Assembly (NCBI GenBank): GCA_036526195.1
Contig: DATCYZ010000033.1
Coordinates: 30,062-94,061 of the forward strand
Direction of reading: 5' to 3'
DNA length: 64,000 bases
Origin: Burkholderiales bacterium
GTDB lineage: Bacteria > Pseudomonadota > Gammaproteobacteria > Burkholderiales > SG8-39
The position numbers and the translations under genes were made by a program. This document shows positions 59,091 to 64,000 of this stretch, in pieces. Positions within the stretch are counted from its first letter, which is position 1, and each line of letters starts with the position of its first letter. The notes below the pieces were generated by a model that was given only the letters and a program-made list of their open reading frames with translations, was not told the origin of the DNA and did not search any database.

Positions 59091-60575
59091 GTGTCGGAAT
59101 TCGATCTCCTCGTCGTCGGCGGCGGCATCAACGGTGCCGGCATTGCGCGCGACGCCGCCGGCCGCGGCCTGTCGGTGCTGCTCCTCGAGCGCAACGACCT
59201 CGCCGGGGCCACCTCGTCCTGGTCCTCGAAACTGATCCATGGCGGGCTGCGCTACCTCGAGCAGTACGAGTTCCGGCTGGTGGGCGAGGCGCTCGCCGAG
59301 CGCGAGGTGCTGCTGTCGATCGCCGGGCACCTGGTCTGGCCGGCGCGCTTCGTCATGCCGCACGTGCCCGAGCTGCGGCCGCGCTGGATGATCCGCATCG
59401 GTCTCTTCCTCTACGACCACCTCGGCCGGCGAGCCACGCTGCCCGGCTCGTGCAGCGTGCGGCTCGACGCGCCACCCTACGCCGATGGCCTCGGCGCCGG
59501 GCTGCGGCACGGCTTCGAGTATTCGGATTGCCGCGTCGACGACGCGCGGCTGGTGATTGCCAACGTGCTCGACGCGCAGGCGCGCGGCGCCGAGGTGCGC
59601 GTGCGCACCGAACTCGTCTCGGCGCGCCGCGATGGCGGCGGCTGGCTGGCGCGCGTGCGCGATGCCGCCGGCGCGGAGACCGAAGTGCGCGCCCGCGCCG
59701 TGGTGAACGCCGCCGGCCCCTGGGTGAAGGCCACGCTGAACGACCGCCTGGGCCAGCCCAGCCGCGACAACGTGCGCCTGGTAAAGGGCAGCCATATCGT
59801 GGTGCCGCGGCGCTACGCCGGCGACCACGCCTTCATTCTGCAAAATGACGATCGCCGCGTGATCTTCATGATCCCCTACGAGGAAGACTTCACGCTGATC
59901 GGCACCACCGACGAGCCCTTCGCGGGCGACCCGCTGCGCCCTGAGGCGAGTGCCGCCGAGATCGACTACCTGTGCCGTGCCGCCAACCGCTATCTCGCGG
60001 CGCCGGTCACGCCGCGCGAGGTGTGCTGGCACTACGCCGGCGTGCGCCCCCTGTACGACGACGGCACCGACGATCCCTCGTCGATCACCCGCGACTACAC
60101 CCTGCGCGTGGACGAGGTGAAGGGCGCCGCGCCGGTGCTGTCGATCTTCGGCGGCAAGATCACCACCTACCGTGTGCTGGCCGAGCATGCGATGGAAAAG
60201 CTGAAGAAGTACTTCCCGAAGCAATCGCGCGCCTGGACGGCGAAGGCCGCGCTCCCCGGAAGCGATTTTGGCGGCGGATCGCGCATCGCCGCGCGCGACG
60301 CCTTCTACGCCCGCTACCCCGGCCTGCCGAAGACGCTCTTGCGCACCCTGTTCCACCGCCACGGCACGCGCGCCGCGCAGGTGCTGGGCGACGCGCGCTC
60401 GAACGCGGACCTCGGCGAGGCCTTCGGCGCGGACCTGACCGAGCGCGAAATCACCTACCTGCGCGAGAACGAATGGGCGCGCAGCGCCGAGGATGTGCTG
60501 TGGCGCCGCACCAAGGCCGGGCTGCGGCTGGACGCCGCCGCGCAGGCGCGCGTCACCGCGTGCATCGGGCGCTAG
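59091..60575 (+). CDS. glpD: FAD-dependent glycerol-3-phosphate dehydrogenase
   Basis: 494 aa. N-terminus DLLVVGGGINGAGIARDAAGRGLSVLLLE...SSKLIHGGLRYLE is the GlpD signature. GTG start. Confidence 0.92.
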   Translation: MSEFDLLVVGGGINGAGIARDAAGRGLSVLLLERNDLAGATSSWSSKLIHGGLRYLEQYEFRLVGEALAEREVLLSIAGHLVWPARFVMPHVPELRPRWMIRIGLFLYDHLGRRATLPGSCSVRLDAPPYADGLGAGLRHGFEYSDCRVDDARLVIANVLDAQARGAEVRVRTELVSARRDGGGWLARVRDAAGAETEVRARAVVNAAGPWVKATLNDRLGQPSRDNVRLVKGSHIVVPRRYAGDHAFILQNDDRRVIFMIPYEEDFTLIGTTDEPFAGDPLRPEASAAEIDYLCRAANRYLAAPVTPREVCWHYAGVRPLYDDGTDDPSSITRDYTLRVDEVKGAAPVLSIFGGKITTYRVLAEHAMEKLKKYFPKQSRAWTAKAALPGSDFGGGSRIAARDAFYARYPGLPKTLLRTLFHRHGTRAAQVLGDARSNADLGEAFGADLTEREITYLRENEWARSAEDVLWRRTKAGLRLDAAAQARVTACIGR

Positions 60576-61361
60576 ATGAGGCCGCTCGCAGACCTCGACC
60601 CGCGCGGCATCGAAGGCCTGCTCTTCGACATCGACGACACGCTGACCAGCGACGGCCGGCTGACGGCGGAGGCCTACGGCGCGCTCGAGCGATTGCGCGC
60701 CGCCGGCAAGCGCCTGGTGCCGATCACCGGGCGCCCGGCGGGCTGGTGCGACCACATCGCCCGCATGTGGCCGGTGGATGCCGTGGTCGGCGAGAACGGC
60801 GCGTTCTACTTCTGGCATGACGCGAAGGCCGGCAGGCTGGTCAAGCGCTACCACGATGCCGAACCCGCGCGGCGCGAGAAGCGCGCAAAGCTTGAAGCCA
60901 TCGTGGCGACGCTCCTCGCCGCGGTGCCGGGCTGCGCGCTGGCCTCCGACCAGGCCTACCGCGAGACCGACCTCGCGATCGACTTTTGCGAGGACGTGCC
61001 CGCGCTGCCGCTGGAGGCCGCGGAGCGTATCGCGACGCTGATGCGCGAAGCGGGGCTGACGGCGAAGATCAGCTCGATCCATGTCAACGGCTGGTTCGGC
61101 GGCTATGACAAGCTGTCGATGACGAAGACGCTGTTCACCGAACGCTTCGGCCTCGAGCTCGAAGCAGTCAACACGCGCTACGCCTTCGCCGGCGATTCGC
61201 CGAACGATGCGCCGATGTTCGGTTTCTTCGAGCATTCGGTGGGCGTGGCGAATGTGAAGCGCTTCGCGGGCCGGCTCGCGGCCGCGCCGAAGTTCATCAC
61301 GGCCGGTGAGAGCGGCCGTGGCTTCGCCGAACTTGCGGACCGGCTGCTCGCCCCCGCCTGA
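60576..61361 (+). CDS. HAD-superfamily (IIB-like) hydrolase/phosphatase
   Basis: 261 aa with motif I FDIDDTLT, motif II-like VPITGR and motif IV-like GDSPNDAPMF. It starts immediately after the glpD stop. Confidence 0.8.
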   Translation: MRPLADLDPRGIEGLLFDIDDTLTSDGRLTAEAYGALERLRAAGKRLVPITGRPAGWCDHIARMWPVDAVVGENGAFYFWHDAKAGRLVKRYHDAEPARREKRAKLEAIVATLLAAVPGCALASDQAYRETDLAIDFCEDVPALPLEAAERIATLMREAGLTAKISSIHVNGWFGGYDKLSMTKTLFTERFGLELEAVNTRYAFAGDSPNDAPMFGFFEHSVGVANVKRFAGRLAAAPKFITAGESGRGFAELADRLLAPA

Positions 61362-62155
61362 TGGAATGGCTGCCGGCCTACCTGCTGATCGGCACGGTCG
61401 TGGGCTTCCTCGCCGGCCTGCTCGGCATCGGCGGCGGCATGATCATGGTGCCGATGCTGGTGTTCGTGTTCACCGCCAAGGGCTTTTCGGGCGACACACT
61501 GATGCACCAGTCGCTGGCCACCTCGATGGCGACGATCCTCTTCACCTCGCTCTCCAGCGTGCGCGCGCACCATCGCCTCGGCGCGGTCGACTGGCCGGTG
61601 GCGCTGGCGCTCGCCCCGGGCATCCTCTTCGGTGGCCTGGCGTTGTCGTCGGTGGCGACGCTGATCCCGACGCGGCCGCTCGGCATCTTCTTCACCCTGT
61701 TCATGTTCTACGCCGCGACGCAGATGTTCTTCCACTTCAAACCGCGCGCCTCGCGCGGGCTCCCGGGGCGGGCGGGCCTGTTCGCCGCGGGCAGCGTGAT
61801 CGGCGGCCTGTCGAGCCTGGTGGCGGCGGGCGGCGCGTTCCTGTCGATCCCCTTCATGAGCTGGTGCAACATGCCGCTTCGCAAGGCGATCGGCACCGCG
61901 GCCGCGGTGGGCTTTCCGATCGCGGCGGCCGGCGCTACCGGCTACATCCTGAATGGCTTGCGCGTCGAGTCCCTGCCCGCGGGCAGCCTCGGGTATGTTT
62001 ACCTGCCGGCGCTTGGCATGATCGTGGTCACCAGCATGGTCGCCGCGCCGTGGGGCGCGCGGCTCGCGCACCGCATGGCGATCGGCCGGCTGCGGGTGGT
62101 GTTCGCGGTGCTGCTCTACCTGATTGGACTTCGCATGTTGTGGACCCTGTGGTGA
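61361..62155 (+). CDS. TSUP (TauE/SafE) family anion permease
   Basis: 264-aa polytopic membrane protein with duplicated GxxGIGGG-type segments (GLLGIGGGMIMVP). Confidence 0.82.
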   Translation: MEWLPAYLLIGTVVGFLAGLLGIGGGMIMVPMLVFVFTAKGFSGDTLMHQSLATSMATILFTSLSSVRAHHRLGAVDWPVALALAPGILFGGLALSSVATLIPTRPLGIFFTLFMFYAATQMFFHFKPRASRGLPGRAGLFAAGSVIGGLSSLVAAGGAFLSIPFMSWCNMPLRKAIGTAAAVGFPIAAAGATGYILNGLRVESLPAGSLGYVYLPALGMIVVTSMVAAPWGARLAHRMAIGRLRVVFAVLLYLIGLRMLWTLW

Positions 62156-62165
62156 GGAGGATGGA

Positions 62166-63563
62166 ATGAGTCGTGCCAAGGCCGTGCAGGCAGTCGAGCG
62201 CTACTTCGATGAGGGCGGCTACCTTGCCGACCTCGAGCGCCGCGTCGCGATCCCGACCGAGAGCCAGAACCCGGACCAGGGCCCGGCGCTGGAGGCGTAT
62301 CTCGTGCGCGAGATCGGTCCGGGGCTCGAAAAGCTCGGCTTCAGGTGCCGCGTGATCCCGAACCCGCACAGCCACGGCGGTCCGTTCCTTTACGCCGAGC
62401 GCATCGAGGATGCCGCACTGACTACGCTCTTCAGCTACGGCCATGGTGACGTGATCCGCGGGCAGGAGAAGCTCTGGCGCGAGGGGCTCTCGCCCTGGCG
62501 CGTCACGGTCGATGGCGAGCGCTGGTACGGGCGCGGCACCGCCGACAACAAGGGCCAGCACAGCATCAACCTCGGCGCGCTCGCGGCGGTGCTCGCGGTG
62601 CGGAGAAATCTCGGCTTCAACGTGAAGCTGCTGATCGAAACCGGCGAGGAAACCGGTTCGCCCGGTCTGCGGCAACTGTGCGAACGCGAGAAGGACGCCT
62701 TCAAGGCGGATGTCTTCATCGCCTCCGACGGCCCGCGCGTCTCCGCCGACCGGCCGACGCTGTTCCTCGGCTCGCGCGGCGCGATGAACTTCGACCTCGT
62801 GCTCGATGCGCGCAAGGGCGGGCACCATTCCGGCAACTGGGGCGGGCTGATCTCCAACCCCGGCCTGATCCTCGCGCACGCGATCTCGTCGATCGCCTCG
62901 GTGCGCGGCGTGATCCACGTGCCCGAGTGGCGGCCGACCTCGCTCACCCCCGCGGTCAGGCGGGCGATTGCCGACCTCGAGATCGACGGCGGCCCGGACG
63001 CGCCGGAGATCGAACTCAACTGGGGCGAGCCGGGCCTGACGCCCGCCGAGCGGGTCTACGGCTGGAGCAGCTTCGAAGTGCTGGCCTTTCGCACCGGCGA
63101 CCCGGACCGGCCGGTGAACGCGATCCCGCCGCGCGCCAACGCGCACTGCCAGTTGCGCTACGTCGTCGGCATCGATCCGACCGACATCCTGCCCGCGCTG
63201 CGCCGCCACCTGGACGCGGCCGGCTTCCCGATGGTCGAGGTGCGCCAGGCGCGCGACAGCTTCTTCGCCGCGACCCGGCTCGACCCCGAGAACGAATGGG
63301 TGAAGTGGGCCGTCGAGTCAGTGCGCGCCACCACCGGCGCCGCCCCCGCGGTGCTGCCGAACCTCGGCGGCTCGCTGCCGAACGACGTCTTCGCCGACGT
63401 TCTCGGCCTGCCGACCGTCTGGGTGCCGCATTCGTATGCGGGTTGCTCGCAGCACGCGCCGAACGAGCACCTGCTCGCGCCGGTGGCGCGCGAGGGCCTG
63501 CGCATCATGGCGGGGCTGTGGTGGGACCTGGGGGAGCGCGGGGCGCCGAAAACCGCCAATTAG
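62166..63563 (+). CDS. M20/M25/M40 family metallopeptidase / amidohydrolase
   Basis: Track ORF 62124..63563 trimmed to ATG 62166, which is preceded by GAGGAGG. YGHGDV, GRGTADNKG and ETGEE motifs are typical of M20 dipeptidase-like enzymes. Confidence 0.85.
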   Translation: MSRAKAVQAVERYFDEGGYLADLERRVAIPTESQNPDQGPALEAYLVREIGPGLEKLGFRCRVIPNPHSHGGPFLYAERIEDAALTTLFSYGHGDVIRGQEKLWREGLSPWRVTVDGERWYGRGTADNKGQHSINLGALAAVLAVRRNLGFNVKLLIETGEETGSPGLRQLCEREKDAFKADVFIASDGPRVSADRPTLFLGSRGAMNFDLVLDARKGGHHSGNWGGLISNPGLILAHAISSIASVRGVIHVPEWRPTSLTPAVRRAIADLEIDGGPDAPEIELNWGEPGLTPAERVYGWSSFEVLAFRTGDPDRPVNAIPPRANAHCQLRYVVGIDPTDILPALRRHLDAAGFPMVEVRQARDSFFAATRLDPENEWVKWAVESVRATTGAAPAVLPNLGGSLPNDVFADVLGLPTVWVPHSYAGCSQHAPNEHLLAPVAREGLRIMAGLWWDLGERGAPKTAN

Positions 63564-63580
63564 TAACATATAAGTTACTA
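63561..63580. terminator. AT-rich inverted repeat TAGTAAC-ATATAA-GTTACTA between convergent genes
   Basis: 7-bp arms read from the sequence, forming a weak AT-rich stem. Its function (terminator or operator) is unknown. Confidence 0.25.
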
Positions 63581-63597
63581 TAATGCCCTGAGCGGCG

Positions 63598-64000
63598 TCA
63601 GGTCGCCGTCCTGGTGGCCGTGCGCGCGTCGGCGACCGTCAGCAGGTCGGTGAGAGCGAAGTAGCCGCGCGCATTCAGCCCGGTGATCTCGCGGATCCGG
63701 TTCAGGCGCGCGTACAGCGTGTTTGGGTGCACCTCGAGGCGCGCCGCGGCCTTGAGCAGGTTCATGTCCGCGTCGGCGTAGGCGCGCAGGGTGGCCGACA
63801 GCGTGCCGCCGAGCTTGTCGTCTGCCTCGTAGAAGGTGCCGGCCCACGCCGGCAGCAGGCGCTGCAGTTCGTCGCCTGCAAGGTGGATCATCAGCTGGCG
63901 CAGCGGCGTCGCCGCGAACTCCACCACCCTTGCCTGCACGCTGGCCATGCGCAGCGCCAGCAGCGCCTGCCGGTGCGCGGCCGGGATCCGCGAGGTGGAG
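63598..64000 (-). CDS. PucR/CdaR-type transcriptional regulator, C-terminal part; 5' end outside the window
   Basis: C-terminal HTH AAARLEVHPNTLYARLNRIREITG is the PucR_C pattern. The frame has no stop upstream of the track M (63948) out to the window edge. Confidence 0.75.
   Translation of the reverse strand, partial: STSRIPAAHRQALLALRMASVQARVVEFAATPLRQLMIHLAGDELQRLLPAWAGTFYEADDKLGGTLSATLRAYADADMNLLKAAARLEVHPNTLYARLNRIREITGLNARGYFALTDLLTVADARTATRTAT

Overview
High-GC proteobacterial chromosome, with betaproteobacterial (Rhodocyclales-like) gene content and synteny; that assignment is inference only. The window spans the replication-origin neighbourhood. Left to right: a partial amt gene; a MarR / aryl-CoA ligase / FAH hydrolase / maleyl-isomerase / thioesterase module; rhodanese; metH; an unlisted 33-aa ribosomal protein THX gene. 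Next comes a roughly 10 kb co-directional minus-strand array (def-fmt-rsmB-DUF4390-ntrY-ntrX-trkA-trkH plus a small CxCC protein). Then a LysM protein, dprA, smg and a type IA topoisomerase (Topo III-like), followed by gyrB-dnaN-dnaA (minus) diverging from rpmH-rnpA-yidD-yidC-mnmE (plus). A metabolic block follows (pckG, class III aminotransferase, C-N hydrolase + GNAT, MFS), then mnmG-rsmG-parA-parB and the full atpIBEFHAGDC operon. The right end carries a methyltransferase / TPR-GT41 glycosyltransferase pair, adhC + GST, two small membrane proteins, an OmpR-type two-component pair, glpD, a HAD hydrolase, a TauE/TSUP permease, an M20 peptidase and a partial PucR-type regulator. I saw no rRNA, tRNA, CRISPR array, transposase or phage gene. 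I did not find a convincing novel multi-gene system; this is mostly core chromosome. The observations most worth a second look are non-coding: two parS-type sites upstream of mnmG; an AT-rich region with DnaA-box-like motifs between dnaA and dnaN; a perfect 32-bp palindrome upstream of GST-adhC; a terminator-like hairpin inside the metH leader; and alternative hairpins over the ribosome-binding site of the topoisomerase gene. Two real small genes (rpmH, THX) are absent from the ORF track. Many long track ORFs are GC-driven antisense or 5'-extended artefacts. Start codons were chosen by eye from homologue N-termini, RBS and overlap patterns. No database search or folding computation was run.
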